NCBI GenBank assembly: GCA_963793425.1
Contig: CAWCAG010000007.1
Span: 448,001-512,000 of the forward strand
Direction: 5' to 3'
DNA length: 64,000 bases
DNA from: an uncultured cyanobacterium
GTDB taxonomy: Bacteria > Cyanobacteriota > Cyanobacteriia > Cyanobacteriales > CAWCAG01
Positions 42,156 through 50,944 of the stretch are shown here, in pieces. A program made the translations under genes and the position numbers. The notes under the pieces are model-generated. The model was not told where the DNA came from, made no database searches, and worked only from the letters and a program-made list of their open reading frames with translations. Each line of letters begins with the position of its first letter. The first letter of the stretch is position 1.

Positions 42156-43370
42156 TTAACCAATTAATTTGCCCCAACTTTCTGCACCAAGAATGCCATC
42201 TGCGGTTATCTTTTGCTTTTGTTGAAACGCTGTTACTGCTTTTGCTGTACCAGGGCCATATAGCCCGTCTATATCAGTGTCAACTCGATATTGAACGTAG
42301 CGTACTACTGCACCTTGGGCATGGTTTTCCCAGAGTACAGGTTTGATTAACACTGCTTCAATGGCATTCCAGGTAGCAGAGCTAGCATTATCAGCATTAC
42401 CTAAGCCCATAATGCTATTAAATCTAGCTGTAGCAGATTCTGTTGCCGGGCCAGTAAATCCATCTTCTGCTAAAGATTTACCATTGCGATCGCGCATCTG
42501 CAAGCGATTAAGGGCTTTTTGTAATTTCAGGATGCTAGGATTCGGTTTTGTCCCACCACCACCAGAGCCGCCGCCTGTCACAGGATTCTGCCCGGTTAGC
42601 CCTTTAACAATAGCGTTAGCCATTGCTTCGGCGTTATAAAGATTCATGTCTTTTTGAGAATCCACAAAGCAACCTTCAACAAGGATGGCTGGCATATTGG
42701 TATTTCTCACCACATATAAATGGGAGCCATTTTTCACCCCACGATTAACAAATCCTAAGCTAATAATATTATCTAAAACAGGTCGAGCAATTCTTTTGGC
42801 TGCATCGCTAACTGCAAACACTTCTGTACCATTAGCTCTACCATTGAAAGCGTTGAAATGTAGAGAAACATAGTATTGTACGTTTTGAGCATTGGCTGTA
42901 CTCACGCGGCGGCGTAGGGAGTCGGAAACACTGTATGCTCTTGAGGGGGTGCAGTTAATGGCGATATGACCGAGACTTCTTAGCTTACTAATCACCCGAT
43001 TGCCCACATCCCTTGTCATCGTATCTTCAAAGCCAAAACCCCTGGCCCCAGTGTCGGGAGGGGCATTGTGACCCATATCAATACCAAATTTTAATTTAGA
43101 AGCAAGGGTTACAGCTTGTTGCTGTCCTAGGGGTAAACCATCTTGCCATATTTCTACATGACCAGCATAAGCATACCAAGTGTTTAAGCCATTAAAGCTC
43201 GTTTCAGCAAAAGCAGCCCTAATATGATTTCCTTCTTGTTTCCAACTTTGTAAGACTAATTCAGCGCCTTCAGTTATTTCGTATTTTTGTTGAGGATCAC
43301 CAATTAAGCCGCTATCAATAGGTTGTTGTTTAAGGACAGTATCGGCAAGTATTTTTAAGCTATAAACCAT
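42156..43370 (-). CDS. N-acetylmuramoyl-L-alanine amidase (Amidase_3), paralog 2
   Basis: Same architecture; IDMGHN, SLHFNA, LVEGCF, DGLYGPGT, DGILGAESW. Confidence 0.9.
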   Translation of the reverse strand: MVYSLKILADTVLKQQPIDSGLIGDPQQKYEITEGAELVLQSWKQEGNHIRAAFAETSFNGLNTWYAYAGHVEIWQDGLPLGQQQAVTLASKLKFGIDMGHNAPPDTGARGFGFEDTMTRDVGNRVISKLRSLGHIAINCTPSRAYSVSDSLRRRVSTANAQNVQYYVSLHFNAFNGRANGTEVFAVSDAAKRIARPVLDNIISLGFVNRGVKNGSHLYVVRNTNMPAILVEGCFVDSQKDMNLYNAEAMANAIVKGLTGQNPVTGGGSGGGGTKPNPSILKLQKALNRLQMRDRNGKSLAEDGFTGPATESATARFNSIMGLGNADNASSATWNAIEAVLIKPVLWENHAQGAVVRYVQYRVDTDIDGLYGPGTAKAVTAFQQKQKITADGILGAESWGKLIG

Positions 43371-43425
43371 TTTTCATTTAACATTTAGCATTTAACATTG
43401 ACCATCAATAAATGATCTTTTGTCT

Positions 43426-43458
43426 GGGCAACTTGGGGTTTGATTATTTAAGTTGCCC
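43426..43458. terminator. Hairpin between amidase paralogs 2 and 3
   Basis: GGGCAACTT...AAGTTGCCC. Confidence 0.5.
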
Positions 43459-43474
43459 TTCGACTTCTTTTAGG

Positions 43475-44427
43475 TTAGCCGATTAGTTTCTGCCAACTTT
43501 GCGCTCCGATGATACCATCGACGGTTAAACCTTGGGACTGTTGATATTTTTCCACAGTTTTAGCTGTAGCTGGGCCATAAATACCGTCAGTTTCTGCTCC
43601 GACAAGATGCTGAATATATTTAACAGCTAAACCATCGGCATGGTTCATACGGAGTACAGGTTGAGCGAAAATACTTTTGATGGCATTCCACGTCGCTACA
43701 CCCGCAGCACCAGAATTACTAATACCCAAAGCAATATTAAATTTCTTAACGGCTGCTTCTGTAGCAGCATTCAAAAAACCAGTTTCTGCTAAAGGTTTTC
43801 CTTGCTCATCGGTAAATTTTAATTTGTTGAGGGATTTTTGTAATTCTAATAAACGAGGATCAGCACTTGGAGTTGTTGCCGCTTCTTGATTACTGTCCTC
43901 TGGGGAATTTTCAGTAGGATCTTGTCCTGTTAAACCCTTCACAATCGCATTAGCCATTAATTCCGCTACAAAAATATCCATATCTTTTTGGGAATCAATA
44001 AAACAGCCCTCCACGAGAATTCCAGGCATATGGGTATTTCTCACCACATATAAATGGGAACCATCCTTAACTTTGCGGTTGAAAAAACCTAAGCTAACGA
44101 TATTATCTAAAACCGGTTGAGCAATTCTTCTACCTGACTCACTAACGGCAAAAACCTCTGTACCATTGGCTTTACTGTTAAAGGCATTAAAATGCAGGGA
44201 GACGTAAAAGTCTACATTTTGAGAATTAGCCGTTTGTACTCTTTTTCTTAAAGAGTCAATTACGCTAGAAGCACGTTTAGGAGTGCAGTCAACGGTTTGG
44301 TGACCAAGTTTATTTAACTTGTCGATCACTTTTTGCCCACATCCTTAGTCAGATGATCTTCAAAAGCAAGGCCGTTTGCCCCTGTGTCAGGAGGGGCGTT
44401 GTGTCCCATATCAATACCAAATTTCAT
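43475..44427 (-). pseudogene. N-acetylmuramoyl-L-alanine amidase, paralog 3, with a 1-bp deletion in an A-run at 44330-44334 (possibly a sequencing error)
   Basis: The ATG at 44427 reads MKFGIDMGHNAPPDTGANGLAFEDHLTKDVGKK*; one extra A restores KKVIDKL and joins the 43475..44329 ORF. Confidence 0.85.
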
Positions 44428-44552
44428 GGTTATTCCTTTCTTGAAAAAGTAGACGCACTGAAGCTCTCCCAAGATAAATCATTTTTGGTTATTGGTCATT
44501 ACTTAAGGTAAGGGAGTGGGAAGTAGTGAAGAGTTATACTTTCTTGTTTTAT

Positions 44553-45220
44553 CAAAACAAAAAAAGGTTGAAAACCCCGCCGTTTTAGGGCGGATTCGTT
44601 GATTTTTTCAGGTACAATAAACATAATTTGCCAATAGCAACTGTTGCAACCAACATGAAAGCTAGATACAGATACAGATTTTACCCAAGCATTGAGCAAA
44701 AGCGGAAACTTGCTCAACTGTTTGGCTGTATCCGCGTCGTTTGGAACGATGCTCTAGCACTATGCAAAAACTTAGGCAAAGCATTAAACTACAACAAACT
44801 ATCTAGTCTGTTAACCATAGCCAAAAAGAGTGAAGAAAGAAAGTGGCTAAGAGATGTATCAGCAGTCCCCTTACAACAAACCTGAAGAAACCTAGCCGTA
44901 GAACTTTCTATTCGGGAATGGACTTGCTTAAATTGTGGTGCAGTTCATGACAGAGATGTTAACGCCGCCATAAATATACTGGTCGCGGGGGGACACCCTG
45001 AGACTTTAAAGCGCACCGAACCCGCGCCGCCGAAAGGCGCAAGGGAACGCGGAGCAAGAAACGGACGTGGAGGCAGGTGTAAGACTACTACTATAGCAGC
45101 AGCCAATGAAACGTCAACCCACTTAAAACCTGTTCAACTTTCGTTGTTTGGGTAGATGAGGAATCCCCGTCTCTAGCCTCCGGCAACCATAAGCGCGAAC
45201 AGAGCGGGGAGTATGTCAAC
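44553..45220 (+). mobile_element. Non-autonomous, internally deleted IS200/IS605-family element
   Basis: Left-end hairpin CCGCCGTTTTAGGGCGG, tnpB remnant, right-end hairpin TCCCCG...CGGGGA followed by TATGTCAA(C); exact boundaries inferred. Confidence 0.85.
44655..45155 (+). pseudogene. tnpB: TnpB remnant (in-frame internal deletion plus a TGA at 44883)
   Basis: MKARYRYRFYP...LFGCIRVVWN...VPLQQT*RNLAV joined in frame to [22 protein letters not shown]...QLSLFG*. Confidence 0.9.
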
Positions 45221-45223
45221 TAA

Positions 45224-45694
45224 TTATTGTTGTTGTAAGCGAATCATTTCGCTTTGAATGCGCTTTTTTAATTGAGGATCTGCTTGAGCGCTATTGGTGA
45301 TAGCATTGAAAACGCTTACTTCTAAACCACTGTTGATCACAATTTGCCTAGAGCTATCACAGTAATTTTCTGCTATTTCCCTGACTTCTCTAGATAGTTT
45401 GCGTAGAGATTGGTTACAAGCAATATTGGGTACAGGTTGACCACTACCAATAATTTCTTTAATCTCTCTATAGGCCTGTTGGCGGCGGGCTTCCATGCCT
45501 AAAACAGCTCTGGCATAGCTTCTTAATTGGGCGTTAGTGTAGCTGTCTGCGTAGGCACTGGTACTAAAGTTAGCCCCCTGGCTAGTAATACTAGGTACAA
45601 CACCTAAACTAACCCCAGTAATAGCCAAGCCTGCAACAGCCAAAATACGGATACTTTTGTTTAACTTTAAGGAGAAATTAGGGAACATAAACAT
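45224..45694 (-). CDS. DUF4168 domain exported protein
   Basis: Signal-like leader, YARAVLGMEARRQQAY, GLEVSVFNAIT...DPQLKKRIQ; start uncertain. Confidence 0.78.
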   Translation of the reverse strand: MFMFPNFSLKLNKSIRILAVAGLAITGVSLGVVPSITSQGANFSTSAYADSYTNAQLRSYARAVLGMEARRQQAYREIKEIIGSGQPVPNIACNQSLRKLSREVREIAENYCDSSRQIVINSGLEVSVFNAITNSAQADPQLKKRIQSEMIRLQQQ

Positions 45695-45809
45695 ATTCAA
45701 AAGAAAAGAAATAACTGAGAATTGGTTTTTTAACGACTTAGATACATATGTTTGAACCATTTTTCCTCAAGTATGTTCCTGGTACATCTATCTAAGGGTT
45801 ATTAAGTAA

Positions 45810-46790
45810 TTACTTACAAATTTGGCATAGCTTGATCACCTGAGTTTGTAAGGTAGGTAAGGGAATTGCTCCTTTTTTGAGATTTACCTCTAACTCCAAC
45901 AAAGCAGGTAAAGTAGCTAATAATTTTTTTCCGGAAAGATGGCTAACTTCTTGACGCAGAAAGTAAATTCGTTTGGGGTTAGGAATTTCTGCTACAGTTG
46001 CGATCACCTTTTCATCTCGTTCGCCTTTTTCGAGCATCAGTTTAATAATTAACCAAGTGCGAAATTGTTTGGTGAGGGTGGCAATAATTCTTAAAGGAGG
46101 TTCATTACGATTAATTAACTCACTGACTAATTTTAAAGCTAGGGTTTGATGCCCTTTCCTAATGGCATTAGCTAATTCCAGGCTACTTTGGGTATGGGAA
46201 GTAACCAGATTGCTAACTATATTTAAAGCCAATGCTTGGGGCTGAGATTCCCCATAAAGCCGCAGTTTATCTAATTCTTGTTCCAACAGTCTGGTGTTAT
46301 TTCCCACCGCCTCAGCGAGAAATTCCTTGGCTTCAGGAGTTAATTTAACGCCATATTCTCCACAACTTTGTTTAACTCGATCAAGAATTTCTTCAGTTTT
46401 CCAAGGGGGAATGGTCGGAAAGGAGCGAATTTCGCCATACTTTTTCAGTAGTTTAGTCGCTTTTGCCCTACCATCAGGCTTCTTCGCGCTGGTTAACAAC
46501 AAATGAGAATTGTTAGGAATTTGAGGTAAAGTTCTTTCTAACTCAGCTAGTAAAGTTTCTGAACAATGCTGCCCTAAGTTGGTATCAGCCACCCAAACTA
46601 AACGCCCTCCCACACCAAAAGCAGGAGTCATAGCTTGATTAAGCCCTTCTACCGTCGTTTGAGAACCATCTTCAGGTATCTTGGTATAGTTAAACTGGCT
46701 CCAATTAGGATCGAGGACTTTTTGCCGTAGTTGGTCTACAGCTTTCCCCATCATATAGTCGTCTTCTCCCCAGAAAAAGTAAAGTGGCAT
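45810..46790 (-). CDS. holA: DNA polymerase III delta subunit
   Basis: MPLYFFWGEDD, AMTPAFGVGGRLVW, ELDKLRLY, EPPLRIIATL, NPKRIYFL. Confidence 0.93.
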   Translation of the reverse strand: MPLYFFWGEDDYMMGKAVDQLRQKVLDPNWSQFNYTKIPEDGSQTTVEGLNQAMTPAFGVGGRLVWVADTNLGQHCSETLLAELERTLPQIPNNSHLLLTSAKKPDGRAKATKLLKKYGEIRSFPTIPPWKTEEILDRVKQSCGEYGVKLTPEAKEFLAEAVGNNTRLLEQELDKLRLYGESQPQALALNIVSNLVTSHTQSSLELANAIRKGHQTLALKLVSELINRNEPPLRIIATLTKQFRTWLIIKLMLEKGERDEKVIATVAEIPNPKRIYFLRQEVSHLSGKKLLATLPALLELEVNLKKGAIPLPTLQTQVIKLCQICK

Positions 46791-47003
46791 TTTATCTAGC
46801 TAAAGCTACAATAATTAAGCTGGATTATTCCCCTAGTTCCCTCGCTTCCTAGCACCTTAGCTCAAAAAGCGCTCAAGGTAAAAAACCGAGGTTTGTTAAA
46901 CTCCTTACTTCCTTTATGAAAATTAAGTGCGGCTTGAGCAAATTTTGTCTATCTTAGTTCTTATGATGAAAATATATATTGTACTGGGGGAGGCAAATTA
47001 AGG

Positions 47004-47777
47004 TTGGACGAAACATATCAAACTTATCTTAACCGCGTAGCAAAGTTAACTAGACCTGCTAGTCAACGTTCTCAACTGGAGAATATGCAACAGTCTCCTA
47101 AGTTTAAAGAGGGGAAAGTACAGCCCTTTCCTGGTTATAGCGTTGTTAACCTGCCTGCTGCTGAAGATTCAGAAAACACAGCTTTCTATAATTTTTTGCA
47201 ATCTTACCAACAGCAGTTAGTAGATAAATTCCCTGAAGGGTTAGTTGTCCCTGTACCACCAGAAAGTTTTCATCTTACCTTAGCTGATTTAATTTGGGAT
47301 AGCAGCTTTCAAGATGCGGTGGCGCAGAATGAAGCTTTTGAGAGTCGCTTAAAAAGTTCTATAGCAACTAGCTTTGAGCAGTACAAACAGGCTAAGTTTG
47401 AGAGCAAACCATCATGCTGGCAGTTGTTAGGTTTAGCAATTAGACCTAGAGCAATTTTTGTGGCCTTAGTTCCCCAAGATGAAGCAACCTATCGTCGTGT
47501 CCTCGCTTTACGTCGTTCTGTTTACCAAAATTCTCAATTGATTGGTTTGGGTATTGAACAGCAATATTTATTTACGGCCCATATTACTTTGGGCTATTTC
47601 GGCAAAATAGTCTCTGGCTTAGATCGAGAAAAGTTAGCTGCTACTTTAGCTAGTTTAGATGAACAGTTGCTGGAGAGTGAGCTACCAACTTTAGCGATTA
47701 ACCAGTTGCAGTTACGTAAGTACGATAACATGACGCGCTTTTATCGAGAAGCGGACTTTCCTATTTTAGAGCTTTGA
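47004..47777 (+). CDS. 2H-phosphoesterase-fold protein (DUF1868-like)
   Basis: PFPGYSV plus two HxT motifs, SFHLTL and AHITL. Confidence 0.8.
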   Translation: MDETYQTYLNRVAKLTRPASQRSQLENMQQSPKFKEGKVQPFPGYSVVNLPAAEDSENTAFYNFLQSYQQQLVDKFPEGLVVPVPPESFHLTLADLIWDSSFQDAVAQNEAFESRLKSSIATSFEQYKQAKFESKPSCWQLLGLAIRPRAIFVALVPQDEATYRRVLALRRSVYQNSQLIGLGIEQQYLFTAHITLGYFGKIVSGLDREKLAATLASLDEQLLESELPTLAINQLQLRKYDNMTRFYREADFPILEL

Positions 47778-48400
47778 AACCCCTTAATCATCCTATTGTA
47801 GAAGAAAGTTTCGCCATTATCGACAAAGAAATTTGCCACCATAACTTCACCCCTGCTGAGTATAGAATTGCCCGCCGAGTTATTCATGCTACAGCAGATT
47901 TTGAGTTTGCTCAGTTGCTACAATTTAGTGCTGGGGCGATCGCCTCTGGAATTGCTGCTGTCGCTAACCAAGTTCCTATTGTTACCGATGTATCTATGGT
48001 GCAACAGGGTATTGCAAGTATGGTAAACAAAACCTATGGTAACCCAATTATAAGTGCCGTAGCCCAAGCTGAGGTAGCAACCCCCGGAAAGACAAGGACA
48101 GAAACTGGCTTAGAGAAATGTTGGCAAAAATATCCCCAAGCTATTTATGTTATTGGTAATGCACCGACGGCTTTATTGGCACTTTGCCACTTAATAACCA
48201 AAGCTAAAGTTAAGCCAGCTTTGGTTATTGGGGTTCCTGTAGGTTTTGTTTCTGTAATTGAAGCCAAACAAGTATTAGCAAATACTAATGTAGAACAAAT
48301 TTTAGTTACAGGGCGCAAAGGGGGTTCCCCCACCGCCTCGGCAATAGTTAATGCTTTGTTGGTTTTAGCATGGGAAAACTATGCCAATGAGTCTTCGTAG
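47774..48400 (+). CDS. cobH: Precorrin-8X/cobalt-precorrin-8 methylmutase
   Basis: ESFAIID, RVIHATADF, IGNAPTAL, PVGFVSV, GRKGGS. Confidence 0.93.
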   Translation: MKPLNHPIVEESFAIIDKEICHHNFTPAEYRIARRVIHATADFEFAQLLQFSAGAIASGIAAVANQVPIVTDVSMVQQGIASMVNKTYGNPIISAVAQAEVATPGKTRTETGLEKCWQKYPQAIYVIGNAPTALLALCHLITKAKVKPALVIGVPVGFVSVIEAKQVLANTNVEQILVTGRKGGSPTASAIVNALLVLAWENYANESS

Positions 48401-48457
48401 GGGTGGGTTTTCGTACTTATTGATGATTATCTAAAATATTGATAAACCCGTCCTTAC
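48397..48457. repeat. REP-like inverted doublet (GTAG type)
   Basis: GTAGGGGTGGGTTT ... AAACCCGTCCTTAC imperfect inverted repeat around an AT-rich spacer. Confidence 0.7.
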
Positions 48458-50247
48458 TAAGTTTTTGCTGCTGATTGAATGGATTTTAAAATGCCGTCTT
48501 CTAATTGATAAATTGCTGCCATAATTCCATTTTCTGGATTAGTTAACAAAGATTTTTTAACATTACCTAAATAGTCAATAATGTTCCGTCGTAAAATAGG
48601 CCTTTCTACTTTAACTGTGTGATTATAATCCCAAATATCCCAAACGAGAATCCCAATCCCCACAATAGGATCAATCATACTTGCCCCCAACTCTGCCCCC
48701 ACTGCACTACCAGTTTTTGCCGCTAATTTAGAAGCAGCTTTTCCAGCGAATTTGGCACTAATTTTACTACCAACTTTCCCGGCAAAACTAATGATTAAAG
48801 GTTTAGCTAATAAGTAACCTCCTCCTCCCACTAAAGCTTTTAGAGATAAGTTAGAAATGTTGCCATCGGTATCATTAACGGTGGTGGAAATATCGCTGAG
48901 GTAGCGATTCCATTGCCCTTGAGGGATTTTATAGCTACTTTTAACTTTATCAATATTGTCCCCTAGTTCAGCTAAATATAAATTAACGGTTTCTGTGGTT
49001 AAAACTTCTAATTTTATTTGAGCATTTTTGGGTAACAGCACTCGTTTCGCAAACTCTTTTTGGAAGTTTTTGGTTAGCTTCATGGCTACAGCTTCTTGAG
49101 GAGTAAGCTCACGAAAGTTTAGTTTATGTAACACAGAAGAAGATAGCCAGGTAAATGGTGTGGAAAACTCAATCTTTTTTTGATTTATATAACCAAAATA
49201 CCAATCTAAAAAGTTATCTACACGAGGGATAAGTTCTTGTTGCCATTCATCTAATTCTTGAGAGGCAAACTCTTCAGCCGTTACCTCTGCATCCTTAACC
49301 GCTACTACAACTGCCTCATTTAGTTGGTCTAGTTTAGGGCGAGGCTTAACCACAACTATGGGGTTAGGTTCGGTTAGTTTCTGAGTTGCTGTAACCCCTT
49401 CTGAAGAAACAATTAAAAATCTGCCGACTAAAGGAATAATTACCAATAAAATTACTGCTGCCCAAATAAAAGGAGCAACGGATTTAATAAATTGACTTAA
49501 GGCTTTGATACGTTCTGTTTTTTGTTCGTAGTTAGCAGTTTTTTCTGGTTTATTTGCTTTTTCTTCTGGTTTTGTAGCAGGAGTCATTTGAGGCGTTTTG
49601 CTTTCTTCTTTAACTACAGAAGCTGGCATGACTTTATTGTTTTTTTGAGGCGGTGGCTCTGCTTGAGAAGAAGAAGCCTCATTAAACCGCGCGGCAACTA
49701 ACTCTTTACCTAAAAGTATTTGTTCCTCGCCGCTATCTCCTTGTAACCAAACCACAGGAGAAGTAAAATTATGACCTTTAATATTTAACTCTAAGTTACG
49801 AAAAACATATTCTACTGTCCCTTTAATTCCTTGGGCTAATAAAGTTTGTTCTTGCTTAACTAAATCAAATCCTAATTGTTTACCTATTTGATGGGGAATA
49901 ACAGTAAAGTCTGCTCCCGCCCCCATAACCATAGAAGCCGAAGTCACCTTATTTTTATGTTTAAGATTAACTTGGTAACTAGGCAACCATTTATCAGTAC
50001 TAACTTCTCGTAAGCTAATCGGTAAACCAGAAAGAGAATCAAGGTTTTGGGGCAGAAAATAAATAGCAAAATTCTGCCGTGAACATTTAGCTAATTCAAA
50101 AGCTTCTTGCCAATCTTGACTGTGGGCAATTACCCCTTTAGTGTTATAAGCAATATATTGATTTCCATAACTATCAAGCTTCTGGCGGTTACGATTAAGC
50201 CAGTTAAGCAGGGCATATTTTTCCTGGGCTGATGATTTCTTCTGCAT
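48457..50247 (-). CDS. Fusion protein: DUF5678-like domain + degenerate retropepsin-like domain + TM + helical membrane-associated domain
   Basis: YGNQYIAY; MVMGAGADFTVIP and QILLGK; TM IWAAVILLVIIPLVG; DNFLDWYFGY; Gly/Ala-rich hydrophobic hairpin. Confidence 0.65.
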   Translation of the reverse strand: MQKKSSAQEKYALLNWLNRNRQKLDSYGNQYIAYNTKGVIAHSQDWQEAFELAKCSRQNFAIYFLPQNLDSLSGLPISLREVSTDKWLPSYQVNLKHKNKVTSASMVMGAGADFTVIPHQIGKQLGFDLVKQEQTLLAQGIKGTVEYVFRNLELNIKGHNFTSPVVWLQGDSGEEQILLGKELVAARFNEASSSQAEPPPQKNNKVMPASVVKEESKTPQMTPATKPEEKANKPEKTANYEQKTERIKALSQFIKSVAPFIWAAVILLVIIPLVGRFLIVSSEGVTATQKLTEPNPIVVVKPRPKLDQLNEAVVVAVKDAEVTAEEFASQELDEWQQELIPRVDNFLDWYFGYINQKKIEFSTPFTWLSSSVLHKLNFRELTPQEAVAMKLTKNFQKEFAKRVLLPKNAQIKLEVLTTETVNLYLAELGDNIDKVKSSYKIPQGQWNRYLSDISTTVNDTDGNISNLSLKALVGGGGYLLAKPLIISFAGKVGSKISAKFAGKAASKLAAKTGSAVGAELGASMIDPIVGIGILVWDIWDYNHTVKVERPILRRNIIDYLGNVKKSLLTNPENGIMAAIYQLEDGILKSIQSAAKT

Positions 50248-50310
50248 ATATTTGCCAACCTGCAACAGGTCAAGAACATTCCCAACTTATTACCTATTAC
50301 TTATTACTTA

Positions 50311-50874
50311 TTAAAAATCATTAGTCTTAGGCGGAGGACCAACTGTTCCCGAAGGATTGGCAAATAAGTTATCACCAGCTTCATTCTGATAAATACAATC
50401 AATCTCTGGTTTACTATCCAAACTACCAATAAAACCGAAAGTATTAAGACGCTGCTTACAATCGCGAACTTGGTTTGTGGTAACTAGCTTTTTCTGCTCC
50501 AAAATTGACCAGTTATTGCGGCGTAGAACACAACCTGGTTGGACAATCGGCTGAGTTACATAAACGTGGAAAGGGTTGAGAGTAACAAAAACCTTTGTAT
50601 CCGTAACAATAGCACTAGCTCCATACTGTACACACAGTTCAGCATTTGGGGCGCTGCGATCAATTGTTTCGCTAGAAGTTATGTTTTCTACCCCGAAACT
50701 AGTAGCAGTACTAAAGAAAATGCCAATACCAATACCGAGAATAAAGATACCTCCTATAATTGCCATAGCTGCGTAGCTTAAGCCAAAGGGTAAAGCAGGA
50801 GAAGAATTCCTTGTTGGTGTTGGTTCTCTGTCTCTATAGTCTCTAGGAGGAGAATAGGGAGGTCTACGTCTCAT
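50311..50874 (-). CDS. DUF3172 family membrane-anchored protein
   Basis: GGIFILGIGIG, LCVQYGASA, TLNPF, PGCVLRRNNW, LNTFGF. Confidence 0.85.
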   Translation of the reverse strand: MRRRPPYSPPRDYRDREPTPTRNSSPALPFGLSYAAMAIIGGIFILGIGIGIFFSTATSFGVENITSSETIDRSAPNAELCVQYGASAIVTDTKVFVTLNPFHVYVTQPIVQPGCVLRRNNWSILEQKKLVTTNQVRDCKQRLNTFGFIGSLDSKPEIDCIYQNEAGDNLFANPSGTVGPPPKTNDF

Positions 50875-50944
50875 ATTGGCTCAGGTTATTTCTAAGGCTA
50901 CTTACTATTGTAGTGATTTTTATTAAAGCGGATTTGGTATTAAG

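Noticed and set aside
44883..44885. In-frame TGA in tnpB as programmed readthrough or selenocysteine
   Set aside because: It falls where Leu is expected (QQTLRNL), one base from TTA, in a gene that has already lost its core; a simple nonsense mutation explains it
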